DNA of 39,370 nt from the IMG/VR virus record IMGVR_UViG_3300045988_022530, positions 1-39,370 of that record. One strand, written 5' to 3'. The position numbers were made by a program, and so were the translations under genes. Below are positions 14,309-23,515 of the stretch, piece after piece. The notes beneath the pieces are model-generated. The model was given only the letters and a program-made list of their open reading frames with translations. It made no database searches and had not been told where the DNA came from. Positions within the stretch are counted from its first letter, which is position 1. Each line of letters opens with the position of its first letter. Origin of the DNA: a virus.

Positions 14309-14495
14309 ACCGGACGTTTTTCCCAGCACGGAGTCCGGCCGCACACGCTGGTGGGTGTGGTATGACTGCGACATCCGATGCCCGTGGCTGGCACCGAGCG
14401 GCTGCCGGGCGGATGCACTGGAGCTGCAGCCCAGCGCGGCATACGGAACGAACTGCCATGGGCGGCGACGCCGGAGACGAAAGAAGGAGGAGTAG
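14268..14495 (+). CDS. Hypothetical Trp/Cys-rich protein with a poly-Arg tail
   Basis: GC3 is high in this frame (about 78% by hand count). Sequence WWVWYDCDIRCPW. The start is uncertain (14268, 14280 or 14289). Confidence 0.45.
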   Translation: MPGWMCTMPNRKNRPDVFPSTESGRTRWWVWYDCDIRCPWLAPSGCRADALELQPSAAYGTNCHGRRRRRRKKEE

Positions 14496-14501
14496 AAAGC
14501 G

Positions 14502-14693
14502 ATGGCTAAGAGCAGCCCGAAAAATCATTCTTATGTCTATATTCCTACGGATAAACTTGTGGCTCTAATCAAAGAATCATGCCCGCCTATTGGGTATAAC
14601 AGCAACGACGGTTGTTTTGGCGCGGGCGAAGATTGCAAGAAATGCTGGCTCTCGTGGCTCAAGGACGGTGAAGACGATGCCAAAGAGAGTTAA
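14502..14693 (+). CDS. Hypothetical small protein
   Basis: SD AGAAGGAGGAG. 63 aa with C..C pairs. Confidence 0.6.
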   Translation: MAKSSPKNHSYVYIPTDKLVALIKESCPPIGYNSNDGCFGAGEDCKKCWLSWLKDGEDDAKES

Positions 14694-14949
14694 TCCGCGC
14701 CGGAGGCCGGTGACGATGGCAGACGTTCAGCGCGCAAAGGACGCGGCGACGGCGGATGCCTGCCGCGTGACGCTAGCGATCTTTTTCACGGCTCTGCTGG
14801 ACAAGGAGGGTATGGGCACAGAGCAGCTCCAGCGCATCTGGCGAGAGGTCGAGGCCCTGAGCGAGAGCGTGCGGGACGGATATGTCTCCGCGCCGGACCT
14901 AATCCGCGTGCTGCGCGATGAGTATGAGATTGACATCATAGGAGGATAA
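14677..14949 (+). CDS. Hypothetical protein
   Basis: ATG at 14677 in the frame of ORF 14590-14949. 90 aa. Alternative start at 14716. Confidence 0.55.
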   Translation: MPKRVNPRRRPVTMADVQRAKDAATADACRVTLAIFFTALLDKEGMGTEQLQRIWREVEALSESVRDGYVSAPDLIRVLRDEYEIDIIGG

Positions 14950-14953
14950 AGCG

Positions 14954-15412
14954 ATGAACAGACTGGACACCCTGAAGGCCGCCGCCGAATGCGTGTGCGG
15001 CAGCCGGGAAGAAGACTACGGCAGCCCGGAGGACAACTTCGCCGTGATCGCGGCGCTGTGGACGGCATACACCGGCACGGACGTCACGCCGAAGGACGTG
15101 GCCATGATGATGGCGCTGTTAAAGATCGCCCGCGCGAAAGCGGGCAGCAAGCCGGACACCTACGTCGATCTGGCTGGCTACGCAGCGTGCGGGGCGGAAA
15201 TTTCGGCGCGTGAGCCGAAGCCGGGCGCGAAGCGCACAGCCAGCACGTCTGGCGCGGCCGTAGGCGCAGAGGCCGGAAAAACGGCATCCTGCGTGAAGCT
15301 GCAGCGGATGGACGGCTACTATCTGGTGGACGTGGACGGGAATCCGCACCGCTTTACGCTGTGGGAAACCGCGATGCAGTTCATCCGCGAGCACGCCGGT
15401 GAGCTGACGTGA
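14954..15412 (+). CDS. Conserved phage protein of unknown function
   Basis: SD AGGAGG. The N-terminal pattern GSREEDYGSPEDNFAVIAALW...DVAMMMALLKIAR recurs in phage proteins. Confidence 0.6.
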   Translation: MNRLDTLKAAAECVCGSREEDYGSPEDNFAVIAALWTAYTGTDVTPKDVAMMMALLKIARAKAGSKPDTYVDLAGYAACGAEISAREPKPGAKRTASTSGAAVGAEAGKTASCVKLQRMDGYYLVDVDGNPHRFTLWETAMQFIREHAGELT

Positions 15413-15789
15413 CGGCGGAGTTTGTGATCCCGACGAGGCTGCCGGGGATGAACGAATACACGGACGCCTGCCGGCGGCACGCGCAGGTGGGCGCGAAGAT
15501 GAAGCACAACAACCAGGAGATCGCCGCGTGGGCCATCAAGACGCAGCTGCGCGGGGTGAAGTTCGACCGGCCGGTAGAAATCACATACACGTTCTACGAG
15601 CCGAACCGGCGACGTGACAAATCGAACGTCGCGGCGTTCGGCGTCAAGGTGATCGAGGACGCGCTGGTGATGTGCGGGGTGCTGAAGGACGACGGCTGGG
15701 CATACATACAGGCGTTCACGTCGCGCTTTGCGCTGGACAAGGAAAAACCGCGCATCGTGGTGCGGATCACGGACGAAGGCGCGGAATAA
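15409..15789 (+). CDS. rusA: RusA-family Holliday-junction resolvase
   Basis: MNEY...RRDKSNVAAFGVKVIEDALVMCGVLKDDGW matches the D.sN..K...DAL....L.DD pattern. Confidence 0.8.
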   Translation: MTAEFVIPTRLPGMNEYTDACRRHAQVGAKMKHNNQEIAAWAIKTQLRGVKFDRPVEITYTFYEPNRRRDKSNVAAFGVKVIEDALVMCGVLKDDGWAYIQAFTSRFALDKEKPRIVVRITDEGAE

Positions 15790-15793
15790 AGGG

Positions 15794-15826
15794 AAAGCTC
15801 CGGGGCGGAAGCCTCGGAGCTTTTGC
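15794..15826 (+). terminator. Terminator between the early/middle and late regions
   Basis: AAAGCTCCG ... CGGAGCTTT followed by T residues. Confidence 0.6.
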
Positions 15827-15919
15827 TGTATATTGGTGCGGAAGTTGTGCAGGATGCAGAAAATGCTGGGATAGATAAGCGTGGGCGGTCTGGTGTACGA
15901 TGGACGCGGAGGTGCAGTG

Positions 15920-16552
15920 ATGGTGTACCAGGACTGGGATGCTTTGAAAATGGAATATGTTACCACGAAGACGACCTACGCGAAGCTGGCCGAAAAGTAC
16001 GGCATCAGCATCAGCCAGATCAAAATCGTGGCTGCACGTGATGGGTGGACAAATGAGCGGAAAAAGTTCGCCGCGCGCGTACAACAAAAGGCGTACAAAA
16101 AGGCGTGCAACCACGAGGCCGACCGGCTCGCGCGTCTGATCGCCGCCACCACGGGCGCGATCGACGTGGCGATGCGCGCGATCGGCGACGGCGAGCAGTT
16201 TAACCGGTATCTGGTCGAGCGGCGGGAGAAGTATGCCGTGCCGGTGGCGGACGAGGCTGCCGAAGACGGCGAGCTGCCGCCGGACGGGAAGCTGCTGCTG
16301 GAGCGGCAGTGGACGGAGGAGCAGACATACCAGAAGGTGGACACGAAGGCGCTGAAGGACCTGACGGGCGTGCTGAAGGACCTGACGGGGCTGGTGCGCG
16401 ATCTGTACGGCATCCCGACGCAGGCGCAGGCCGAGGCGCAGCGCATCGCGGCCGAGCGGCTGGAGCTTGACCGCAAAAAGGCCGAGGACGGCAGCACGGA
16501 CACGCACGCGGAGCTGGAGATCGTGGGTCTGCCGGAGGAGTACAAGCGATGA
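15920..16552 (+). CDS. terS: Terminase small subunit
   Basis: The HTH YAKLAEKYGISISQIKIVAARDGWTNERKKF lies directly upstream of TerL. GGAGGTG is 5 nt before the ATG at 15920. Confidence 0.75.
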   Translation: MVYQDWDALKMEYVTTKTTYAKLAEKYGISISQIKIVAARDGWTNERKKFAARVQQKAYKKACNHEADRLARLIAATTGAIDVAMRAIGDGEQFNRYLVERREKYAVPVADEAAEDGELPPDGKLLLERQWTEEQTYQKVDTKALKDLTGVLKDLTGLVRDLYGIPTQAQAEAQRIAAERLELDRKKAEDGSTDTHAELEIVGLPEEYKR

Positions 16553-17985
16553 TACTGATCGATGCAAGCAAGATCAGCGACAAGCAGGACGCCTTCCTGC
16601 GCGACGAGCACCGGCACGTGGCCTATGGTGGCGCGCGCGGCGGCGGCAAGAGCTGGGCCGTGCGCACCAAGGCCAAGATCCTGGGCTGCACGTATCCCGG
16701 AATCAAGATGCTGATCGTCCGGCGCACGCTCGATGAGCTGCGCAACAACCACGTGAAATTTCTGACGCCGGAATTGGCCGGCGTGGCGAAGTACAACCAA
16801 AGCACAAAAGAGTATAAATTTGCCAACGGCAGCACGCTGACGCTGGGATACTGCGACGCCGAGAAGGATCTTGGCCACTATCAGGGCGCGGAATATGACG
16901 TGGCCTTTCTGGATGAGGCCGGGCAGCTGCAGCCGGAGTGGATCCGCGAGATCAATGCGTGTGTGCGTGGCACAAACGGATACCCGAAGCGGACATACTA
17001 CACGCTCAACCCCGGCGGGCCGGCGCACGGATACTTCAAGCGCCTGTTCGTCGACCGGCGCTTCGAGGATGCCGAGCGGCCGGAGGACTACAGCTTCATC
17101 CAGGCGCTGGTGACGGACAACCGCGCGCTGATGGAGGCGCAGCCGGAGTACATCGCCGAGCTGCGCAAGCTGCCCCCGAAGCTGCGCGCGGCATGGCTGG
17201 AGGGCTCGTGGGACATTTTCGAGGGGCAGTTTTTCGAGGACTTCCGCACGGAGCCGGATCTGATGGCGGCGCACGAGGCGGGCGTGGACGCGGATCCGGA
17301 GGAGCTGCGGGCGCAGCACCGGTGGTGCCACGTGATCAAGCCATTCGACCTCGCGGCCGGAGCGTGCCGGGGATGGCACATCCTGCGCAGCTACGACTTC
17401 GGCTACGGCAAGCCTTTTTCGTGCGCATGGTGGGCGATGGACTATGACGGCGTGCTGTACCGCATCATGGAGCTGTACGGCTGCACGGAGACACCGAACG
17501 AGGGCGTGAAGTGGTCGCCGGACGAGCAGTTCAAGCGCATCGCGGAGATCGAGGATACGCACCCATGGCTGAAGGGCCGGAAGATCACGGGCGTAGCGGA
17601 CCCGGCCATCTGGGACGCATCGCGCGGCGAGAGCATCGCGGACACGGCGGCGCGGTATCGCGTGTACTTCACGCCGGGAGACAACAAGCGCGTGCCTGGC
17701 TGGATGCAGTGCCATTACCGGCTGCAGTTTGACGCGCAGGGATATGCGCGGATGTACGTCTTTGATACGTGCAAAGCCTTCATCCGCACGGTGCCGCTGA
17801 TGATGTACAGCCGGACAAATCCGGAGGATCTGGACACGACGCTGGAGGACCACGTCAGCGACGAGTGGCGGTATCTGTGTATGTCGCGGCCGGTGAAGCC
17901 GATGCTGGCCGCGGAGGAAGAGCCGGTGCTGTCCGATCCGCTGAATCAGATGCAGAAACCGGGGCGCTACGGCGCGATCTGGTGA
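16549..17985 (+). CDS. terL: Terminase large subunit
   Basis: Walker A YGGARGGGKS and Walker B VAFLDEAG. The C-terminal nuclease-like half ends in DHVSDEWRY. Confidence 0.92.
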   Translation: MILIDASKISDKQDAFLRDEHRHVAYGGARGGGKSWAVRTKAKILGCTYPGIKMLIVRRTLDELRNNHVKFLTPELAGVAKYNQSTKEYKFANGSTLTLGYCDAEKDLGHYQGAEYDVAFLDEAGQLQPEWIREINACVRGTNGYPKRTYYTLNPGGPAHGYFKRLFVDRRFEDAERPEDYSFIQALVTDNRALMEAQPEYIAELRKLPPKLRAAWLEGSWDIFEGQFFEDFRTEPDLMAAHEAGVDADPEELRAQHRWCHVIKPFDLAAGACRGWHILRSYDFGYGKPFSCAWWAMDYDGVLYRIMELYGCTETPNEGVKWSPDEQFKRIAEIEDTHPWLKGRKITGVADPAIWDASRGESIADTAARYRVYFTPGDNKRVPGWMQCHYRLQFDAQGYARMYVFDTCKAFIRTVPLMMYSRTNPEDLDTTLEDHVSDEWRYLCMSRPVKPMLAAEEEPVLSDPLNQMQKPGRYGAIW

Positions 17986-18003
17986 TAAAAACGGGAGGTA
18001 AGT

Positions 18004-19941
18004 ATGGACAATATCGCTATCAGCGGCGCGCAGCTGGGCACAGAGGCGCAGGCGCTCGGCGGGCAGGTGATGCCGCCGGAGGACGTGATCACGCGCGAGC
18101 AGCTGCAGGAGTTTTCCCGCGTGCTGCACGAGTACAAGGTTGGCAAGGCCAGCACCGAGCGGCGCATGATCGCGGCCGAGCAGTGGTGGAAGCTGCACAA
18201 CCAGCCGGAGGAAGAGAAGGCCGGAAACCAGCTGTACAGGGGCTTCCGCAGCAGGAGCTCGTGGCTGCATAACGTCATCGTGAACAAGCACGCGGACGCG
18301 GTGGAATCGTACCCCGAGCCGAACATCCTGCCGCGCGAGGAAGGCGACAAGCAGGAAGCGAAGATGCTGTCAGCGATCGTGCCGTGCGTGCTGGAGCAGA
18401 ACGCCTTCGACGCGACGTGGAGCGACGCGATGTGGGCCAAGATGAAGTACGGCACGTGCGTGTACAAGATCACGTGGGACAGCGGCAAGCTCGGCGGCCT
18501 CGGCGACATCAGCATCGAGCGCGTGAACGTGCTCAACCTTTTCTGGGAGCCGGGCATCACGGACATCCAGAAGAGCAGGTACGTGTACCACACGGAGCTG
18601 GTGGACAACGAAGCGCTCGAGGAGCAGTATCCCCAGCTGCGTGGGCAGCTCAAGGGCAACGACTTTTATGCGTCGAAGTTTTTGTACGACGATAACGTGC
18701 CGACCGATCGGAAGAGCACGGTGATCGACGTGTACTACCATCGCGGCGGTGTGCTGCACTACTGCAAGTATATCGGCGACATCGTGCTGTACGCGACGGA
18801 AAACGATCCGGAGTACCGCGAGCGGGGGCTGTACGACCACGGCCTGTACCCTTACGTCTTCGACGCGCTGTTTCCGGTCGAGGGATCGCCGTGCGGATAC
18901 GGTTACGTGGATATCTGCCGCAACCCGCAGACGGCCATCGACAGTCTCGGCACGAGCCTCGTGCGCAACGCTGTGGTTGGCGCGACGCCGCGCTACTTTA
19001 TGCGCGAGGATGGCAGCGTGAATGAGCAGGAGCTGCTGGACACGGAGAAGCCGCTGGTGCACGTGGACGGCAACTTGGGGCAGGACAGCATCCGGCCGAT
19101 CGACTACAACGCGCTGCCCGGAAACTATATCAACGTGTGGAGCACGATGGTGAACGAGTTGCGCGAGACCAGCGGAAACACCGACACGGCGACCGGCAAC
19201 GTGACCTCCGGCGTGACGGCGGCGAGCGCCATCGCCGCGCTGCAGGAGGCAAGCGGCAAGGGCAGCCGGGACAGCACGCTCGCGGCATACCGCGCATACA
19301 GCAAGATCGTGAATTTGTGCATCGAGCTGATCCGGCAGTTTTACGATCTGCCGAGATCCTTCCGGATCGTGGGCGAGCTGGGCATGGAGCAGTTTGTATC
19401 CTACAGCAACGCCGGGCTGCAGCCGCAGGCGCAGGGCATGGCCTTCGGCGCGGACATGGGGATGCGGCTGCCGGTGTTCGACATCAAGGTGTCGGCGCAG
19501 AAGAAAAACGTATACACCCGCGTGAGTCAGAACGAATTGGCGCTGCAGTTTTTCCAGATGGGCTTCTTCAACACGAGCATGACGGACCAGGCGCTGGCGT
19601 GTCTGGACATGATGGACTTTGACGGCAAGGACGGCGTGATGCAGAAGATCCAGCTCAACGGCGTGCTGGCGCAGCGGCTGCAGCAGTACCAGCAGCTGGC
19701 GCTATCGTTGGCGCAGATCGCGCGGCCGGACATGGTGCAGGGCATCGCGGCGGACATGGGCATCGCCATGCCGGCACAGGCGGGCGCAGGCGCAAGCGCC
19801 GCGCCGAAGATGCAGGAAAGCGACGAGATCTCCGGCATCAAGGCCGACGAGCACCCGGTCGCCGCGAAGGCGCGGGAGGCGAGCGCGAACGCTGCCCAGC
19901 CGGGCGGCGGAGCCGTGATCAAGGGGGGCAGCAAGGCATGA
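18004..19941 (+). CDS. Portal protein
   Basis: 645 aa, immediately after TerL and before the protease and scaffold. Called on size and position. Confidence 0.8.
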   Translation: MDNIAISGAQLGTEAQALGGQVMPPEDVITREQLQEFSRVLHEYKVGKASTERRMIAAEQWWKLHNQPEEEKAGNQLYRGFRSRSSWLHNVIVNKHADAVESYPEPNILPREEGDKQEAKMLSAIVPCVLEQNAFDATWSDAMWAKMKYGTCVYKITWDSGKLGGLGDISIERVNVLNLFWEPGITDIQKSRYVYHTELVDNEALEEQYPQLRGQLKGNDFYASKFLYDDNVPTDRKSTVIDVYYHRGGVLHYCKYIGDIVLYATENDPEYRERGLYDHGLYPYVFDALFPVEGSPCGYGYVDICRNPQTAIDSLGTSLVRNAVVGATPRYFMREDGSVNEQELLDTEKPLVHVDGNLGQDSIRPIDYNALPGNYINVWSTMVNELRETSGNTDTATGNVTSGVTAASAIAALQEASGKGSRDSTLAAYRAYSKIVNLCIELIRQFYDLPRSFRIVGELGMEQFVSYSNAGLQPQAQGMAFGADMGMRLPVFDIKVSAQKKNVYTRVSQNELALQFFQMGFFNTSMTDQALACLDMMDFDGKDGVMQKIQLNGVLAQRLQQYQQLALSLAQIARPDMVQGIAADMGIAMPAQAGAGASAAPKMQESDEISGIKADEHPVAAKAREASANAAQPGGGAVIKGGSKA

Positions 19942-20261
19942 TCGAGATCGTGTACGACCGGATGCGGCTGCGTCTGACGGCTGACGGGCACGCGGGATTC
20001 GCCGAGGCGGGGCAGGACATCGTATGCGCGGCGGTGACGATCCTTGTGTACACGCTGGCGGCCGCCGTGGGCAACATGGACGCCGCCGGGCAGGCCCGCG
20101 GCTCGAGCGTGGAGCTGGGCAGCGGGCACGCCGAGATCGTGTGCGCTGCATCGCCGCGATGGCGCGCGTGCGCGAAGATGATCTGCGACCAGATCTGCGC
20201 GGGATTCGATATCCTGCGGCAGATGTACCCGGAGCGCGTGCGCTACGAGGTGCGCGGATAA
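19938..20261 (+). CDS. prp: Prp-like cysteine protease (ribosomal-processing protease family, DUF464)
   Basis: The GHAGFAEAGQDIVCAAVT signature carries the His/Cys dyad. 107 aa. Head-module position. Confidence 0.8.
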   Translation: MIEIVYDRMRLRLTADGHAGFAEAGQDIVCAAVTILVYTLAAAVGNMDAAGQARGSSVELGSGHAEIVCAASPRWRACAKMICDQICAGFDILRQMYPERVRYEVRG

Positions 20262-20278
20262 AAAATTTTCAGAGATCC

Positions 20279-20314
20279 GAGGCCGAGGGATAGAGAAAGC
20301 CCTCGGCCTTTTTG
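20279..20314 (+). terminator. Rho-independent terminator after prp
   Basis: GGCCGAGGG - 10 nt - CCCTCGGCC followed by TTTTT. Confidence 0.75.
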
Positions 20315-20539
20315 TATGCTGGAGGTGCGAGGGTGCAGGGGCTTTCGCGTGTGTACCTCCTTTCTTTTCCCATTTTCCCATCTCCTTTTCTCTTGGCACC
20401 CACGCAGCGGGAGACTGCTGCGTGGGTATCTATGCCGCCGCGAGGCGCGCTGCAGCGATGGACTGCAAGTGCCGGTGCAACTCCGGCCGGCGGCTGACAG
20501 GGTCGTGGCCTACCACAGATTTTTGACGGAGGCATCCTT

Positions 20540-21586
20540 ATGCGATTTGACATCAAGGCACTGGCTATGCTGCATGGCCTGCAGGTGTTCGGCGGCGAAG
20601 GCGGCGCGGGTGGCGCGGCCGGAGGCTCTGCCGGAGCGGGCGCAGGCGCAGATGGTGCAGGTGCTGCGGGCGTAACAGCTCCCGACGCCGGGGAGCGCAT
20701 CCTAACCGGGCTTGGTGTCCCGGCGGACAAGATCAGCAAGCGGTCGAAGGCGCGCGTATCGGCCATGCACCGTGACGATGGGGCAGCGGCAGAGGCGGCG
20801 CAGACGCAGGACGACGCTGCAAATGGCACCGATGACGGGCAGGAAATGCCGAAGCGCCTGACGTGGGACGAGATCATGGCGGATCCCGAGTACAACGAGC
20901 AGGCGCAGAAGATGATGCAGAAGCGGCTGGCAAAGTCGAAGAAGTCCGAGCAGGCGCTCAAGGACCTGGCGCCGGCATTGGAGCTGATGGCGCGCAAGTA
21001 CGGCATCGACGCAGAGGATATCTCCAAGCTGGACGTGCAGGCGCTGAACAAAGCTGTGACCGAGGACAAGGCGTACTACGAGGAGCGGGCGGACGAGCTC
21101 GGCATCCCCGTCGAGGAGGCCATGCGTATCGACCATCTGGAGCGGCGCAACAAACTGCTGGAGCACCAGAACGAGCAGACGCTTGAGCAGCGCAGGCTGC
21201 AGGAGCATTTCGATGGGCTGGTGCAGCAGGCGGCGAAGCTGCAGGAGACGTATCCGGGCTTTGACCTGCAGACGGAGCTGGAAAACCCGGTCTTCGCGCG
21301 GCTGACCGCGCCGGGAAGCCTGGTCAGCGTGGAGGACGCCTACTTTGCCGTGCACCGCAAGGAGATCCAGACGGCGGCGATGCAGGTGGCAGCGCAGAAG
21401 ACCGCGCAGCAGATCAGCAACAGCATCCAGGCCGGGCAGCGCAGGCCGGCAGAGAACGGCAGCGCATCCAAGGCGGCATCCATTTCTGCCCCGGCGACGA
21501 TGTCGCGCGCGAGACGCGACGAGATCAAGCGCCGCATGAACATCGCAGCGGCGAACGGGGAGAAGCTCTATCCCGGCACGTTCTGA
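20540..21586 (+). CDS. Scaffolding protein
   Basis: Gly/Ala-rich N-terminus followed by long charged helical sequence. It lies directly upstream of the major capsid gene. The N-terminal GLQVFG resembles a Prp site. Confidence 0.75.
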   Translation: MRFDIKALAMLHGLQVFGGEGGAGGAAGGSAGAGAGADGAGAAGVTAPDAGERILTGLGVPADKISKRSKARVSAMHRDDGAAAEAAQTQDDAANGTDDGQEMPKRLTWDEIMADPEYNEQAQKMMQKRLAKSKKSEQALKDLAPALELMARKYGIDAEDISKLDVQALNKAVTEDKAYYEERADELGIPVEEAMRIDHLERRNKLLEHQNEQTLEQRRLQEHFDGLVQQAAKLQETYPGFDLQTELENPVFARLTAPGSLVSVEDAYFAVHRKEIQTAAMQVAAQKTAQQISNSIQAGQRRPAENGSASKAASISAPATMSRARRDEIKRRMNIAAANGEKLYPGTF

Positions 21587-21637
21587 CGCGCAGGGAGACG
21601 ATCCCCGAACAGAATACTGAAAGGGGAAGCAATACCT

Positions 21638-22744
21638 ATGATCATGAATCTGATTACCAAGCTCGGTCTGCAGCTTTTCGCGGATGCGGGCACGCTGGTC
21701 AACGCGACCGGCAACTACGTCAACGCCTCGACCGGCACGGTGACTGCCTTCTCCGGCACCAACACGCTCGCGCCGGAGCTCAAGACCTTCTACGACACCG
21801 AGCTGCTCGAAAACGCGCGCGCCGAGATGTTCTACGCGCAGTTTGGCAAGAAGCAGGCGCTGCCGAAAAACCACGGCGGCACGGTCGAATGGCGCAAGTG
21901 GAACACCTTTGACAAGGCCAGCAAGCTGACCGAAGGCGTGATCCCGACCGGCCAGAAGTTCGGCGTGACCAAGCTCGAGGGCAGCATCAACCAGTACGGC
22001 ACGTACACCAGCATCACCGACCGCCTGGAGCTGCGCGCCTACGACGACGTGATCCTCGGAGCGACCGAGGAGATGGGCGCGAGCGCCGCAGAGACGCAGG
22101 AAAAGCTCATCCGCGACGCGCTGCTGACCAACACCAACGTGCTCTACTGCGACAACCTCAGCGCGGCCGGCGCGTATATCTCCACGCCGACCTCCTGCGC
22201 CGAGATGGGCGCCGGCGGCGGCACGAGCGCTGCTGACGGCTATGCCTACCTGACGCCGGACATGATCGCCAAGGCGGTCACGAAGATGAAGAAGGACCGC
22301 GTGCCGGCCATCAACGGCAAGTATTACGCTGTGATCCATCCGTCCGTCGCCTACGACCTGCGCAAGTCCAACGAGTGGATTGAGGCGCACAAGTACGCCC
22401 AGCCGGACGAGATCTACAACGGCGAGATCGGCGAGCTGCACGGCGTGCGCTTCATCGAGAACACCTTCGCGCCCGTTCTGACCGGCACGGGCTACAAAAA
22501 CAAGAGCGAAGGCGCGACCTACGCGACCTACTTCTTCGGCAAGGACGCCTTCGGCATCATCGATCCGGAGGGCGGCGCGCTGGAAATGATCGTGCACGAC
22601 AAGTCCGAGATCGGCGGCCCGCTGAACCAGTTCAGCACCATCGGCTACAAGTTCGAGACCAACGGCGCGACCGTGCTGTACACCGAGCGCCTGCTGCGCG
22701 TGATGAGCACGTCTGCTTACAGCGCGACGGACGCCGCCAACTGA
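21638..22744 (+). CDS. Major capsid protein (HK97-fold class) with an N-terminal Prp-type propeptide
   Basis: 368 aa, positioned after the scaffold. N-terminus MIMNLITKLGLQLFA|DAG. Confidence 0.85.
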   Translation: MIMNLITKLGLQLFADAGTLVNATGNYVNASTGTVTAFSGTNTLAPELKTFYDTELLENARAEMFYAQFGKKQALPKNHGGTVEWRKWNTFDKASKLTEGVIPTGQKFGVTKLEGSINQYGTYTSITDRLELRAYDDVILGATEEMGASAAETQEKLIRDALLTNTNVLYCDNLSAAGAYISTPTSCAEMGAGGGTSAADGYAYLTPDMIAKAVTKMKKDRVPAINGKYYAVIHPSVAYDLRKSNEWIEAHKYAQPDEIYNGEIGELHGVRFIENTFAPVLTGTGYKNKSEGATYATYFFGKDAFGIIDPEGGALEMIVHDKSEIGGPLNQFSTIGYKFETNGATVLYTERLLRVMSTSAYSATDAAN

Positions 22745-22808
22745 GGCGAAACCAATATGGCCGGAGGCGCTGCGGCGTCTCCGGCTGATGTGAGAAAGGA
22801 GCGTACCC

Positions 22809-23075
22809 ATGGCAACCGAAAAAAAGACTGAGGCTGCGGCTGAAAAGCTGCCGGATCCGTATGAGCTGGAGGAGATCTTCATCCCGCGCGCAGGCGCGAA
22901 GGAAGACCCGAACCTGTTCGTGAGCGTCAACGGAAAGAATTTTCTGATCCCGAAGGGCAAGAAGTCCAAGGTGCCGCGCTACATCGCCGACGAGATCCGC
23001 CGGTCTGAGCGCGCGCGGGACGCCTTCGAGGCGTTCGTGGACGAAGCGACGGCGGCCGCACAGCAGGCAGAGTAA
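22809..23075 (+). CDS. Small head-associated protein (unknown function)
   Basis: SD AAAGGAG. 88 aa. Followed by a terminator. Confidence 0.6.
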   Translation: MATEKKTEAAAEKLPDPYELEEIFIPRAGAKEDPNLFVSVNGKNFLIPKGKKSKVPRYIADEIRRSERARDAFEAFVDEATAAAQQAE

Positions 23076-23079
23076 ACCA

Positions 23080-23110
23080 AAGGGAGGCGGCAGTCACGCC
23101 TCCCTTTTTC
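23080..23110 (+). terminator. Rho-independent terminator after the capsid genes
   Basis: AAGGGAGGCG - 7 nt - CGCCTCCCTT followed by TTT. Confidence 0.75.
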
Positions 23111-23129
23111 AGTATAAGGAGCAGAGACT

Positions 23130-23501
23130 ATGACGATTTCGGACGCGATCACGATGGTGGACGCCCTGCGGCCGAACCAGTATTCGCAGGACATGAAGAT
23201 CCGGTGGCTGTCGCGCCTTGACGGGATGATCTGGCAGGAAGTGATCCGCACGCACGAGGGCGGCACGGAGACGTTCGACGGCTACGACAGTTCGTCGATG
23301 GACAGCACGGAGCTGCTCGTCGGCAGCCCGTATGACGAGGACGTGTACAACAACTTCCTGCAGGCCATGATCGACCGCGAAAACGGCGAGGCGGGCAAAT
23401 ACAGCCAGAGCATCACGCTGTTCAACGCGGCGTTCTCGCGCTGGCGCAACTGGTATAACCGCGCGCACATGGCGAATGACCCCGGAACATTCCGGTTTTG
23501 A
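23130..23501 (+). CDS. Putative head-tail adaptor/connector protein
   Basis: 123 aa, first gene after the head block. SD AAGGAG. The call rests on position only. Confidence 0.45.
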   Translation: MTISDAITMVDALRPNQYSQDMKIRWLSRLDGMIWQEVIRTHEGGTETFDGYDSSSMDSTELLVGSPYDEDVYNNFLQAMIDRENGEAGKYSQSITLFNAAFSRWRNWYNRAHMANDPGTFRF

Positions 23502-23515
23502 GGGAGGGATGACAG

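Noticed and set aside
15976-18291. Very long antisense ORFs: 771 aa here, also 20702-22969, 23282-25420, 29032-31095, 32671-34908 and 35176-36909 on the minus strand
   Set aside because: They mirror high-GC3 sense genes with clear identities (terminase, capsid, giant ORF). Their products are R/L/A/H/P-rich low complexity, they have no SD sites, and they overlap real genes completely. Open antisense frames are expected when sense codons avoid TTA, CTA and TCA.
20316-20675. 119-aa plus-strand ORF spanning the prp-scaffold gap
   Set aside because: It has no SD and an R/C/L-rich junk composition, and it runs into the scaffold gene out of frame. The region is better described as non-coding and structured.
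22760-22786. Hairpin GCCGGAG...CTCCGGC after the major capsid gene as a terminator
   Set aside because: The stem is imperfect and no T run follows. At most it is a weak attenuator, so it is not listed as a feature.
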